A stretch of 60,106 nt of DNA, the filler included. It is 4 parts of 4 records of this genome, joined end to end, with 100 filler letters (N's around TTAATTAATTAA, not from the genome) between each part and the next. Parts side by side here need not be neighbours in the genome. Positions count along the whole stretch, not along the records: positions 1 to 12,072 come from SRR20825019_2301; positions 12,173 to 32,661 come from SRR20825019_2302; 2 more parts are not named here. The stretch is one strand, 5' to 3'. A model generated the notes under the pieces. The model was not told where the DNA came from. It was given only the letters and a program-made list of their open reading frames with translations, and did not search any database. Each line of letters begins with the position of its first letter. Position 1 is the stretch's first letter. The translations under genes were made by a program, and so were the position numbers. This document shows, one piece after another, positions 8,768 to 20,980 of the stretch.

Positions 8768-10567
8768 TTAGTGGTTGTCGCGCGGTGTGCCCTTGCTACG
8801 GGCGATGTCCTGATAATTGGCCGCGTCGCGCAGGGTCATGCCCTTGTCGAAAGGCTCGACCAATTCGCGGAAATACTGCTGCCACGGCGACTGGCTGGCG
8901 GGGTATTTGTACCCGCCATCGGCCATCAGGGCGTCGCGTCGCGCTGTCAGCTCGTCTTCCGAAAGCAGGATATCAGCGGTGAACTTATTCAAATCAATCC
9001 GCAGCCGGTCCCCGTTGCGCAGCAACGCCAGCCCGCCGTTGTCCGCTGCCTCGGGGGCCGCGTTCAGGATCGAGGGTGAACCAGATGTGCCCGATTGCCG
9101 ACCGTCGCCGATACAGGGCAGCGCCTTGATCCCTTGTTTCAGCAAGTAAGAGGGAGCACGCATGTTCACCACTTCAGCCCCGCCGGGATAGCCCTTTGGC
9201 CCCGCGCCGCGCATCACCAGAATGCAGTTTGCGTCGATGTTCTCGGCCGGATCGTCGATGCGGTGGTGATAATCCTCGGGTCCGTCGAACACCACGACGC
9301 GGCCTTCGAACGCTTCGGGGTCGTCGGGATTGCTGAGGTATGCCTTGCGAAAGGCCGCGTCGATCACGCTGGTTTTCATGATCGCACTGTCGAACAGCGT
9401 GCCCTTGAGGTTGATAAAGCCCGCGTTCTGCATCAGCGGTGCCTCGACCGTGCGGATTACATCGTCGTTCACCGATGCCTTTTGCGTGCAGTTGGTGGCC
9501 ATGGTCTGACCGTTGGCTGTGATGGCATCGGGGTTGGGCAGCAGACCCGCGCGCAGCAGCGCACCGATCACTGCGGGCACGCCGCCTGCGCGGTGGAAAT
9601 CCTCGCCTAGATATTTGCCGGCGGGTTGCAGGTTGACCAGCAGCGGAATGTGGTGGCCGTGTGCCTGCCAGTCGTCATTGTCCAGCGGCACGCCCAGATG
9701 CCGCGCCACGGCGTTCAGGTGGATCGGCGCGTTGGTCGACCCGCCAAGGGCCGAGTTCACGGCGATGGCGTTTTCGAACGCCTCGCGGGTCATGATGTCG
9801 GACGGGCGCAGGTCGTCCCAGACCATGTCGACGATGCGCTTGCCGGTCTCGTAACTGATCTGCCCGCGTTCGCGGTAGGGGGCGGGAATGGCGGCAGCAC
9901 CGGGCAGTTGCATCCCCAGTGCTTCGGCCAGCGAATTCATCGTGGTCGCGGTGCCCATGGTGTTGCAGAAGCCTACCGAGGGGGCCGAGGCGGCGGCGAT
10001 TTCCATGAATTGCTCGTCGTTGATCTCGCCCGAGGCCAGCCGTTCGCGGGCCTTCCAGATCACGGTGCCCGAGCCGGCGCGCTCGCCCTCGAACCAGCCG
10101 TTCAGCATCGGGCCGACCGACAGGGCGATGGCGGGGATGTTCACCGTGGCGGCTGCCATCAGCAGGGCGGGCGTGGTCTTGTCACAGCCGATGTTCAGCA
10201 CCACACCGTCCAGCGGATAGCCATACAGCGCCTCGACCAGACCCAGATAGGCCAGGTTGCGGTCCAGCATCGCGGTGGGGCGTTTGCCGGTTTCCTGAAT
10301 CGGGTGCACGGGCACCTCCATCGGCACACCACCGGCGGCGATGATGCCGTCGCGCACGCGTTTGGTCAGTTCCAGGTGGTGACGGTTGCAGGGGCTGAGG
10401 TCGCTGCCCGTCTGCGCGATGCCGATGATCGGCTTGCCGGATTGCAGTTCCTCTCGGGTCAGCCCGTAGTTCAGGTAGCGTTCCAGGTAGAGCGCCGTCA
10501 TTTCCATGTTATCCGGGTTCAGGAACCATTTGCGCGAACGTAGATCCTGCGGGCGTATCTTGGACAT
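8768..10567 (-). CDS. IlvD/Edd-family sugar-acid dehydratase (xylonate/arabinonate type)
   Basis: [39 protein letters not shown]-terminal PRDNH. Confidence 0.92.
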   Translation of the reverse strand: MSKIRPQDLRSRKWFLNPDNMEMTALYLERYLNYGLTREELQSGKPIIGIAQTGSDLSPCNRHHLELTKRVRDGIIAAGGVPMEVPVHPIQETGKRPTAMLDRNLAYLGLVEALYGYPLDGVVLNIGCDKTTPALLMAAATVNIPAIALSVGPMLNGWFEGERAGSGTVIWKARERLASGEINDEQFMEIAAASAPSVGFCNTMGTATTMNSLAEALGMQLPGAAAIPAPYRERGQISYETGKRIVDMVWDDLRPSDIMTREAFENAIAVNSALGGSTNAPIHLNAVARHLGVPLDNDDWQAHGHHIPLLVNLQPAGKYLGEDFHRAGGVPAVIGALLRAGLLPNPDAITANGQTMATNCTQKASVNDDVIRTVEAPLMQNAGFINLKGTLFDSAIMKTSVIDAAFRKAYLSNPDDPEAFEGRVVVFDGPEDYHHRIDDPAENIDANCILVMRGAGPKGYPGGAEVVNMRAPSYLLKQGIKALPCIGDGRQSGTSGSPSILNAAPEAADNGGLALLRNGDRLRIDLNKFTADILLSEDELTARRDALMADGGYKYPASQSPWQQYFRELVEPFDKGMTLRDAANYQDIARSKGTPRDNH

Positions 10568-10607
10568 CTGGTGGCTCCTTCGGGGCGTGAATCAGCACGT
10601 GTATATT

Positions 10608-10617
10608 TGGTATACCA
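10608..10617. promoter_or_regulatory. FadR/GntR-type operator palindrome upstream of the dehydratase
   Basis: Perfect TGGTATACCA 40 nt upstream of the start, between putative minus-strand TTGCCT and TATACA boxes. Confidence 0.65.
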
Positions 10618-10658
10618 TCTTGAAGGCAAGACGGGGGCCGTGTCCATAGCCAGTGTTG

Positions 10659-11504
10659 TCACATCGCCAGATAGCCGATGCCCGCAAAGGTCACGGCACA
10701 GCCCAGCCATTGCATTGCTGTCATTCGTTCACGCAGGATGGCCCAGGCCAGGACGATGGTCAGCAGGCCAAAGCACGAGGCCGCAACGGCGGCGTATTGC
10801 GCGTCTGGCATTAGGCCCGCGGCCATCATGCAGGCCAATGCAATCGCATCCGCCAGCCCCATCAACGCCAGCACGGGCAGGGCGCGCAGGCCTGCCCAGA
10901 ACGGCACGCGGGCGATGGCGATGATCGCAATCAGCACCACGATGGCGACGCTGCGGGTGACAAAGCTGACCGACAGTTCGTCCCAGCTCTCGACCGCCAT
11001 CTGACCCAAGGCAAATGTGGTGGCGAACCCGACGGCAGAGGCCGCGGCATAAAGGATCGTACGGCCCTTGGGGGGCACGTCGCTGCGGTCCTCATCGGCC
11101 AGCGCGGCGACGGCAGAGACCCCTGCCACCACGGCAAGAACCGCCAGCCATTGCAGGGCCGAAACCTCGGCACCCCGCAGGGCAGCCCATGCGACGGACA
11201 ACACGGGATAGCTGGCGATGACCGGCGCCACCAGCCGCACCGGACCACGCTGAAACGCGCCATAGAGGCCGAGCGAGGCCAGCAGGAAGGTCAGGCCCGA
11301 GGCCAGCGCATAGATCAGGGCGGGGCCGTTGAGCGGGGCAAGGTCGCCGTGCCAGACCATGAAGCCGCTGTGAAACACCAGCCCGGTGACCAGCACCGCC
11401 AGCAAGGATGCCAGCAGCGGCACCGACTGGCTGAGCCAGCGGATGCAGATGTCGTGAAAGCCCCATGCAAATGCGGCGACGATGCCAAGAGTAAGTGCGG
11501 TCAT
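10659..11504 (-). CDS. DMT/EamA-family transporter
   Basis: ~10 TM helices, GPVRLVAPVIASYP, LAWAILRERM...QWLG. Confidence 0.88.
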   Translation of the reverse strand: MTALTLGIVAAFAWGFHDICIRWLSQSVPLLASLLAVLVTGLVFHSGFMVWHGDLAPLNGPALIYALASGLTFLLASLGLYGAFQRGPVRLVAPVIASYPVLSVAWAALRGAEVSALQWLAVLAVVAGVSAVAALADEDRSDVPPKGRTILYAAASAVGFATTFALGQMAVESWDELSVSFVTRSVAIVVLIAIIAIARVPFWAGLRALPVLALMGLADAIALACMMAAGLMPDAQYAAVAASCFGLLTIVLAWAILRERMTAMQWLGCAVTFAGIGYLAM

Positions 11505-11613
11505 GGGGGTTTTGTGGTGTATTCGGCGGGCGCGGTCCAGAGGGGCACGCTGTCCGGTGAAAGTCAGAGGCAGCGCCCGATTTGCGGTGCTGCCTCTGTG
11601 GCTGGTGCGTTGT

Positions 11614-12072
11614 TCAGAGTTTGACCGCTTCGGCCTGCGCCATCACATCGGCCGCTGCCTTTTCGCGCACGGGGCCATAGCCGCGCACATCCATCGGCAG
11701 GGCCAGAAGCGTGGCACAGGTCTTGGCGGTGTCCGCACTGTGGCGGTCGGCCACGCGGTCCATGACCTCGTCGAACCAGCGCAGCAGGGCGCGGTCCAGC
11801 TTGCGGTCGTGGCTGTAGCCGAACGGATCAAAGGGAGTGCCGCGCAGCCCCTTGAAGCGGGCCATGCCGCGCAACATCGGGATCATCCACTGGCCAAAGG
11901 CGCGTTTGTTCGGACGGCCACGGGCATCCTTGCCCAGCGGTAGCAACGGCGGGGCAAGGTGGTAGTTCACCTTGTAATCGCCCTCGAACTCCTCGGCCAG
12001 CTTTGCCGCGAACCCGGTCTGGGTCATCAGGCGGGCCACCTCGTATTCGTCCTTGTAGGCCATCAGCTTGAA
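11614..12072 (-). CDS. Indolepyruvate ferredoxin oxidoreductase family, C-terminal fragment (cut by contig end)
   Basis: FKLMAYKDEYEVARL, YHLAPPLL, LRGTPFDPFG, DVRGYGPVR. Confidence 0.85.
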   Translation of the reverse strand, partial: FKLMAYKDEYEVARLMTQTGFAAKLAEEFEGDYKVNYHLAPPLLPLGKDARGRPNKRAFGQWMIPMLRGMARFKGLRGTPFDPFGYSHDRKLDRALLRWFDEVMDRVADRHSADTAKTCATLLALPMDVRGYGPVREKAAADVMAQAEAVKL

Positions 12073-12172
12073 NNNNNNNNNNNNNNNNNNNNNNNNNNNN
12101 NNNNNNNNNNNNNNNNTTAATTAATTAANNNNNNNNNNNNNNNNNNNNNNNNNNNNNNNNNNNNNNNNNNNN
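12073..12172. other. Artificial contig-joining spacer
   Basis: N44-TTAATTAATTAA-N44 (stops in all six frames). Confidence 0.99.
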
Positions 12173-12509
12173 GGGGGGGGGGGGGGGGGGGGGGGCGTGA
12201 CCCGACACGCGGCGGCCCGGGCATGCCCGGCCGGGGCCCGGCCGGCACGGGCTCCCAGTGCGCTTGCTCACTCGCGGTGACGTCGTTCGGCCGGGCGCCC
12301 TACCGTACGGCCAGCCTGTGTTCTAAGGGACTCGCCGGCCCGCGGCCGCCTCCAGTGGCCGCGGAGACAATATGCGTGGAAGCGGCCGTCAGGGTTCCCT
12401 TCTGTTACGGCGTCGCGCCAGTCAAGGAGGTTTAATGAAAGACACATATATATACCACAGAGTGTGATGGAACAACTGAGCGTCAGCTTCAACTGACTTG
12501 AGGGACGTG

Positions 12510-15404
12510 ATGAGTCCAATAGGGCGAGGGCCAGTTGGCACGGCGAGACCCCTCGTGGTTTTAGGGACAGCGTGCCTTCTCGTTGCGTGGAGCCTGGCGA
12601 TGGATGGTGTAGATGACATAAATGGGTTCGTCAGGCCGTTTGCTGATACCTTCGCTGATCGCCGGAACTCCGTGGATGATCGCTTCAATGCGGCCATCAG
12701 CGCTGCGATGGCCCTGTACGAGCACGGGGACACAAGGTTGTCGGAGGAGTACTACCGCAAGGGGCTGTCGCTCAAGCCAGACGATCGGAACGCTCTGTAT
12801 AACCTAGGCGTGTTGTACCTCAACACACAAGATTACCGAAAGGCATATGAGTGTATGGGAAAACTGACAAGGTGCACATGGCTGTGTGTCGGCGGGGTTG
12901 TGCTTGTGGACTGAACGGTGTTGCGCAGTCTCTTCTCTGACAAGTATGAATACCACTACTACGCAGGACTAGCTGCCATGATGGATAGGCAGGACCAAAA
13001 AGCGGCCGAGCACATGAATCAAGCCAATCGGCTAGTGGAGGTATCTGGGGAAGTGGGGTGCCTGATGCGTATTGGAGGGCTGATGAGTCGGGCCTTTCGC
13101 AGAAGAATAGGGTGGCGGTGGCCTCGTTGCCCCAAGATTTTTACGAGAAGCTAGGTGTATGTGCCGAGCGAACAGGAGATGTACAGGCCGCCGAACGGGC
13201 GTTCAAACACGCGATATCTATACCTGGTATGGATTCGTCTTCGTTGAGAAACTCACTCGGGCTGGCCCTGGTGAAGCAAGGAAGGCAGCTCGAGGCAGTA
13301 CAGCACTATGAGGCCGCAATGAGGATAGGTGGCGCTCACCCCGGAATCCTGGGTAACATGGCCGTGGCCTACAACAGCGCTGACAAGGTGCGTGGGGGCA
13401 TTGGATATTGGCGCGTGGGGTATCGGATATTGGCGCGGGGACCCGCCGGGATGTGTCCATGCTAACGCGACCGACCTTGTCAGCACAAAGAGGCGATTGA
13501 TGCGGCCGACCGCGCGCTGACACTTAACCCCGCTGTGCCGGGCATGTACTACATCAAAGGGAGCTCGCTCACGTATCTCTCCAAGTTCAATGAGGCCGCA
13601 GCGGCCTACAGGGAGGGTCTGAAGCACTGTAGGGCCGACGAGGATATATACACACAGATCCTCGGCCAGCTCGTCTTTGTTCTGCAGAATGTTTGCGACT
13701 GGCGCAGCCGCAAAGAGAATCTTGAGGACCTTCGTCGGAAGGTTATGGGTACGGCGCCATTGTCATGACATGGACCTGCGCTCACGAGCTTTGCACAGGC
13801 GCATTGGCCAGCACGGGCAACTCCCCAGTGTCCCCCTTCCGTGCGCAGATGTCGGAAGTGTTCAGTGCAAAGGATGTTTTTGCCATCTCACAGGGATATG
13901 CCAAGGCTTCCATCATAACTGCAAACTCCCATATGAGCGGGCGGCCCGCCTTCATTCCGGTATTTGGTCAGCTCAAAACCGATTCTGCATTGCAGGCTCA
14001 CACTACACCTTTTAGCATAAGCTCCCCCGGCGAGATGAGCGCGTCCGCTTGGGGTTTGTGTCCAGCAACTTTGGAAACCATGTGCTCGTCCATCTGATCA
14101 CCAGTGTGTTTGGTATGATGGACAGGGCCACGTTCGAGGTTAGACTGTATGCTCTGAATGAAAACGATTACTCCAGGTAGGGCCTTGTTTTCCCATGATG
14201 CCATGTGCCGTGATTCGCTCACTGGGTCATGAAGGCAACGAGGGCGCCTGAGCGAGGAAGCTGAGGTATTCATGGACCTCTCCCTTCTCGGGAGTTTTGC
14301 CACTGCACAGCAAATTAACAACGATGGCGTGCATGCGCTCTTTGATTTGACTGGTTGGGTCCAGGGCTCCAGGATGGAAGTTTTTGCCATGCGTATTGCA
14401 CCGGTGCGTTCGTCATCAGGCAGCGGGGTCAAGCGGTTTATGTATGTTGCGCAGGTGCAAATAACATATTTGACGTTCATCGGAAGCATTGGAGCGACCT
14501 ATCTAGACTACATCATCAGTGATCCCATAGCGACCCCGCCCGAGCTGATCGGTGAGGCTTGGAATAGACATCATCCCGGGCACTTGTTGGCTAATGCAAT
14601 GCACAGATATCTATAGTGAAAAAGTCGTTTTCATGCCGCAGTGCTACCAGGTCAATGACTATCGACAGGTGCACCAGCAAGCGATTTCCGACAGCCCGGC
14701 ACCAAGGAAAGACTATCCGGAGTTTCCCCGTGGATCTTTTGTATACTGTGACTTCAATGTCCTCTTCAAGGCATGTGTCCGCGAAAGGGGTCCTTGGTGC
14801 GAGTGCTCACGTTTGCTTGTAGGTTACGCCCGAGGTGTTTGATATATGGATGGACGTTCTGAAACGCGTGCCTCATGGTGTGCTGTGGCTACTAGAGTTT
14901 CCGGATACCGCGATTCCGCATCTGCGCCGGGAGGCGCTGGAGAGGGGTGTCGAGCCCTCTCGCCTCTATTTCTCGCCAAAGGTCCCAACGCCACACCACA
15001 TTGCACGCGCGGCTCAATGCCACCTCCAGCTGGATACTCTGACTTTTAATGGCGGCGCCACGGCTACAGATGCCTACTGGCCTGGCGTACCGGCAATTAC
15101 CATGCCAGGCGAGTCTATGGGCGCTCGTATCGGCTCGTCGCTGTCGTTCCATGTCGGACTACAAGAGGCAATCGTGACATCCCTGGAGGGATACGCCAAT
15201 CTTGCGGTGGAATTGGGGTCAGCTCCCCGCAAGTATGCGGCCTTAAGGAGGAAACTTGCCGAAAACAAGAAAACACACCCCCTGTTCGATACCTCTAGAT
15301 TCACCAAGAACTTCGAGAGGGCCATTCTGGGAATGCTGAACATTCACGCGGCCGTGGGGCGAGGCTATTTCTTCGATGTCGGGTCACTCACACCAGCGGT
15401 ATAA
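12510..15404 (+). CDS. Multi-exon TPR + GT41 glycosyltransferase (OGT/SECRET AGENT-like)
   Basis: TPRs; after splicing RVRLGFVSSNFGNHVLVHL, DLTGWVQG, YIISD, SEKVVFMPQCYQVND, FNVLFKVTPEVF, LDTLTFNGGATATDAYWPGVP; introns e.g. 12872-12928, 13041-13102, 13388-13483, 13749-13798, 13960-14015, 14771-14822. Confidence 0.88.
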
Positions 15405-15443
15405 TTATTCACTTGTGTGACAGCATTCGTGCCTCGCCAAGAT

Positions 15444-18400
15444 CTACTTGTTCTTAGCCTCGGGTTGACCCTTTTTGTCCTGGGACCCCACATTTGCTGC
15501 CTTGTTGCTGTTTTCTTTGGCAGGCTCTTTGGACTGTAAACGCTTGGACTTGTTCCTTCCGTCTGGTCCATGAGCACGCCAGAACATGTCCGCGTCCACG
15601 GCCCGGGCGCGCAGGAGCTTGTCGTTCTTGGCTGCAATCTCTTCCGGGGTGTCGTCTTCCTCCACCTTAACTTCATTCGGGACAACACTCCAGTCCACGG
15701 GGGTAATAATGAGACCCCGCTCCATATGGTCCTCAAGGGAGTCAAGTGGTTTGTCACGACCATTCCTCGGCAGTGCCGCCGCTATGATCATTGCCACAGA
15801 TATGGGCTCAGGATTATCTGTAATGCGGAAGTTAGATCGATATGCACTCGTCATCAGAAGCCGTGTGGACATACACTTGGCCGCTCGCCCTCCTTGCTCC
15901 CGAATAAAGGCGACCATCTGACGCTCGTCCAGATTGGTCCATGAGGGATCATTTATGCGCTTCATGACAATATGTGCTGCCATTTCCCTAAACTCTGGAT
16001 CCTTCGGCTGCGGCCGTGCCCGAATGACCGCCTGACCTGGTCTCTTCACGGTATTATCTAGATTATTCGATTGAACGACAGCACTTGGTTTGGGCTCCTC
16101 TTCGATAGCATCTGCCTCCTCCAGAATCTGTAGTTCAATGAGATCTCTGTGACGGTAAACACATGCGGCACGCCTACCTCATCAGGAGGTTCCTCCCGAC
16201 CAGACGGATCGAAGGACGAGATTCGCATCCGATGATCTTGAATTGGTGCATTGGGGTCCTGCGAATGTCACGATCAATATCCAGCAAGGGCATACACCAA
16301 GAGTATGTTACATGTGACATTACTGTCGCAGACATGCGGTGCGCCTTCAAGCTGGAGCCTTGCCTCCTCCTTTGACCCGCCTCCTTGGCTGCGGCTTGCT
16401 CTGCTAGTTCGTCCTTTTTCTTCTGCACAGCGATTCGCGGTCAGAAACTGCAGGACTAGCGTAGAGAATGAGACGAGTTACCTTGATGCGGAGATTGATC
16501 AAACGACGGAACCTCCACATCCTCACAAACTTCCGCAAGCGCGCCACTGCACCGGCTTGAGACACACCAATGTTGGATTTCACCTGATCAACCGCGGATA
16601 TATCGGCGAGGTGTAACATTATGCTCAGCTTCTCAAAGAGGATGGGTGGCGATAAAAGGACATTGTCATGATCCTTTTCGAAGGCGTCCAAACTCTTTGT
16701 AAGGTCTGTTTGGAGCGATTGGATGAATCTAAGAGTGTCCTTGTTTTTGATCTTTTGCAGTCGTGAATTGAATAACCTCTGCTTATCTCGAATCATTTTC
16801 TGCGCAAACACATCAGAGACCCAAATCGTCGTTATGCGTGGTTCTACCTGTATGAAATTCAGCTGAGTATCTGCACCAACGTTTCGAGGCAGCTGTGCCT
16901 TGCGGACGTGTCTGGTGATGCCAAGTCGTGAAATGCAGGCCAGGTATTCTTCCATGGTCACGTAGTTGCTATTTCCTGAGACGTATGTTCGGAACGCTCG
17001 GCACAAGTCGCTACGGTTGGCCTTTGGCTCCAGGTAACTCATTGTGGCAATGTATTCCCTCATGCTCAGGCGGTTGTCGCGGTTCAAATCTTCCGCCTCA
17101 AATATCATGTAGTACTGATCCTTGTCCTTCAAAGACTTCATCTCGCATGCATCGCATAGGACCCCGATGAACGACAGTAATGGAAGCCCGCCTCCATCAA
17201 CGAGTTTGTTGGCCTGGGAGAGCACGCTATTGATTTCTGAAGAACGAATGCGTCAATGACAAGGCAACCACCACACCATGACACTCACCGTGATCTTGAA
17301 GAAACGCCTTCATATCTGACAACGAGTCTTTGCATGAATTCATTGTCACAATCTTGTTGTACTGCATCAAGGGTGTGTTAGAGATCCAGCAAAATAAACC
17401 CCCAGTTGATCTTACATTTACAAAGGTGTTCAGCTGTGGCAACTTTGTTTGGAAGTTGCCCAGACACGCAATAAATACACGGAAAGTGAAGTAACTATAT
17501 CGGTCTAGCCCGCGAAAAGATTAGGACTTATTCTTCGACATCAGTCAGAGTGTTCAGTACCTTCGGGATTTGCAAATCCCAGGAACCTTGCGAAAAGGCG
17601 TACGCTCTAAGACAGTTTTAAGCACCCGGGTATAGTTTTCTGACCACAAATATACTCACTGCGTCGGATTCCTTGTACACCTTAACAGCTCTCGCCAGGC
17701 CAACTAAAGAGCCGAAGTGCCTCAGACAAAATACAATACCTTCAACGGACAAGACCTACCTATGGCCTCATCTGTTCTCACTCTGCTGTACGTGTCTGCC
17801 ATGAAATGGTCGTACACGAATTCTGGAAGCGGACGCTGCTGTGCACTACGGGCAAATTAGCCACCATGATCAGACATTTCGACATGATTGGCTTACGTTG
17901 GTAGATTCCTGTTCTCCTGGATCTTTGCATTGTACACATCCCAAATAATCTGCAGCAATCCGTCCTTTTCAATCGTTGGAAACACATGCTTTGCCTATGA
18001 CAAGAATAAGTATCTAGCATATATATGAGCAACCTATTTGCATACGTGGAAATCATTGACAAAGAATTCCTTGAACGGCAACACAGACTTCTGTATCGCA
18101 TTCCTGACATCTGCAGGATCATACTGTACACCAACAGTGCTCTGCTTGATGGCAAAGAGCCTTTCAAGCTTTTCCTCCGCCGTGTCCGCGCGTTCCTATT
18201 TTGGGGATTGGCATATGAAGTTGTGGGAAAGTATGAATTGAACCCACCTGTTCCTCGGCCATAACATCCAAGGCATCATCGATCTTCTCATGGAATGCCG
18301 TGGCTTGGCTTCGAAGTCTGTTCACGTTCATCTTTTCTCTCATTACTGCCGCTTCTGTTTCAGTGATCTTGATGTTCAGATTGTCTATTTGCACTCCCTT

Positions 18401-19816
18401 CAGCGGATGATGCATCAAGTATAGGCCATTGGCAACCCTGTCAGTGTCAATCTGCATAATTTCTAATAAAGACATTTTCTCGGGCTGTCGGGGGAAAATG
18501 TGAGACCACTCCATAAATCACGGCTCTGCTCAGCACATACATCCACTTCGGGAATATCTTGTTCTTCCAGTTCCTGAAGCTTGAGAAGGAAGGTCTCATG
18601 GTTGACGCTATTCCTGTCCCGATACTGTGGCAGAAACCGTCAATCAAACTCCCCTGGCCCAGTCTACACTGTGCCCACCAGGTCAAAGTGAGGCATCCAC
18701 GCCAGGATATCCTCATGCAACTCTTTGAATTTCGATTTCTGCTTTGCCAGTTCATCGGATAGATAGTCTATCGCTTCGTAGTTTTCGCTCTAAAGCCTAT
18801 TTAGAATGGAGCTCAGCGACCAGATCATGCGGCGCGAACCTGATGGGCCTTAAGGCTATCACGCTCCTTCTGAAGCACCCGCGCCTCGTGACTATATTCC
18901 ATCCAATAATCCAGCTTCAGCTGAAGCTCACTGAGATCCGCTTCTTGCTCTGCATAGCCAAGCCATCAGTGTCCTAATCCGTGATTCTCCTTGTAAGAAC
19001 TCACTCCTGCTTTTGGAGGCCAAGAAATCTCGCTCCTCCTTCAGCTGCTTGTATGTAGTCTCAAAGAGACCAGTAATCCCTTCCCAAATCTTGAGCATGA
19101 TGTCGCCACGCTCCGAGCATTGTATGGCAACCTGACGCACCACTTCGTGATATGCAACAGTGTATGCGAAAAACCTCTCCTCGAAGCTGTCCTTGGAGTC
19201 TTTTGCGGGGGCCAGTACCTTGGTCAGCTGCTTGTCGAGCCACTCCTTCAAGTGGCGGACATCATCCCGCCCGTTCGGCTTTACCTTAGGGAACACGACT
19301 TTCTGCCATTTTTTACTCTGGAATCATAAATCAGATTGGAATTTTCCACAAGGACAGTGACAATACCTTCTCATCAAATATGACTCGACTGTTGCCCTTT
19401 GAGTCCGCCAGAGGCTCCTCTACCACTATATGCTGGTACTCTGGGATCATGGAAGATAGCCCCTCTGTAGACACGGTGTGCATTCCGATACCAGGCATAC
19501 ATCTTTCAACATCCTAGCACGTCTGTCAGCTTCAGGGCTGCAAACTCATTCGTGACCACCACTCACCTCTTTGTAGTGCGGAAAGTATTCACTCTTTTTC
19601 GGGTTCGAAATGGCATGCCCCCTTCTCAAGTGATTCAGGAGCCCTTTAGGAATGAAGCCCTCCTCCTTCAGTTTCTTGGTCTTATCGAATCTGTACTTCT
19701 CTCCCTCTCGCCTGCTGTGGTCAGAAGTGGCCCCCTTTTCCTAGCACGGATACCTACTTTGGCCCTTCTTTTGGCCCGAGCCCCGGGAAGGCAACGGCGA
19801 GGGAGTCTTTACTCAT
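15444..19816 (-). CDS. Large multi-exon protein with an axonemal dynein light-chain (AXDND1-like) domain, coiled coils and EF-hands
   Basis: MIPEYQHIV...VFPKVKPNGRDDV..L..WLD...YHEVVRQVAIQCSERGDIMLKIW; EF-hand DLNRDNRLSMREY; the junctions checked at both ends stay in frame; the middle exons were not all verified. Confidence 0.65.
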
Positions 19817-20980
19817 GGTTTTCGGGACCTCGGTGTAATTCTTCCTTCTTTGAATCGCCTATTTGTTCTCTGTAAGCTCTACTCAAGTGAACTTTATATA
19901 GAGATCAAATTATCTTCGTTACACTCCCAACTACAAGATTGAGCGACGATGACCTAAGCCACCTTGTTCGTGAACGAGAATATACACAGCCCGGTTTAAC
20001 TTTCCGACATACAGCACTAACCGCGCCGGGAGGCTCGGTTGACTCCAAAACAGGTGGCACTCAAGCGTCAGGACGGGCCACGTGGCGAGCCATCCCCGGA
20101 GTGAGGGTTTCCCGGCTCCCGGCCAGGACTCTACTAGTGCTCTCCGACAGCGGCCGGCAACGACAGTCCGAGTCTGCCTGCTGCCGGCGGATCGTGCAAC
20201 GGCGGCTATCTCGATTAGTCGAGATTGGCATACTAATTGATTGCCAGCGCTTTCAGTTTGGTTTCATTTGATCCACAGGGATTTCGCGTATCGTTATCCG
20301 AACATCCGATCACCTGATATACATATGTATAGTAGAGGGTAGGCCACGGCTCGGCGTCCGTTTCGTTTTTGAACTGATTGCTCACTTCCTCACGCCCACC
20401 ACACAGGCTGACTCGGATCGGTCCGTGCCACGGCGACCGGCCCACACGGTTCCGCCGGCGGCCAGTGGCGCCCGCGCGAGACTGACCGTAGCAGGTCGGG
20501 AGGATGTTGGCCTGTCAGTGTCGTACGGACGACCGGCCCATGCCGCCGGCCGGCCGCCGGGGGCCGCGGGCGTCGGGCCGGGGCGGCCGGGCTAGCCAGC
20601 CGGCTGCTGGCTCACCGTGGACGACCGGACCCGCGTCTGGCCTGGCCGGCCAGTGACGGTGCCGCGCGGACAGCAGACTCACCATGGCAGTGGGGGCAGC
20701 CGCGGCGCCGGCCCCCTGAGTGGGCCGACACTCTCAGTCTGGATGTACTCGATTGGAAAGGAGCGCTGCAAGGCCAAAGCTATCTTGCCCGGTAGCGCCG
20801 TGCATTCTTTACGGAGCATAACCTGAGCACTGACAGCATCTTGCCCCGGAGTGCCGTGAATGATGGAACCGGCGCTTGGAGGGACCTTTGGAGTGTCTCA
20901 AACAAGCAATCTCATGTCCATGTCCACAAATATCTGAGTCTAGCCGCTTTGCCCTGAGAATAAGTTGCCTTTGTTTCGGT

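Noticed and set aside
4335-10543. Long antisense ORFs (4335-5273, 5895-6884, 6772-8082, 9626-10543)
   Set aside because: Shadow frames of high-GC genes with no recognisable motifs
12117-12128. TTAATTAATTAA as a biological repeat or att site
   Set aside because: Identical N-flanked linker at all three joins; an assembly artefact
12073-12510. Bacterium-to-eukaryote HGT junction
   Set aside because: The adjacency is created by the artificial spacer
15444-19816. Stop-codon reassignment or pseudogenisation in the fragmented eukaryotic ORFs
   Set aside because: Every interruption checked is explained by a short spliceosomal intron under the standard code
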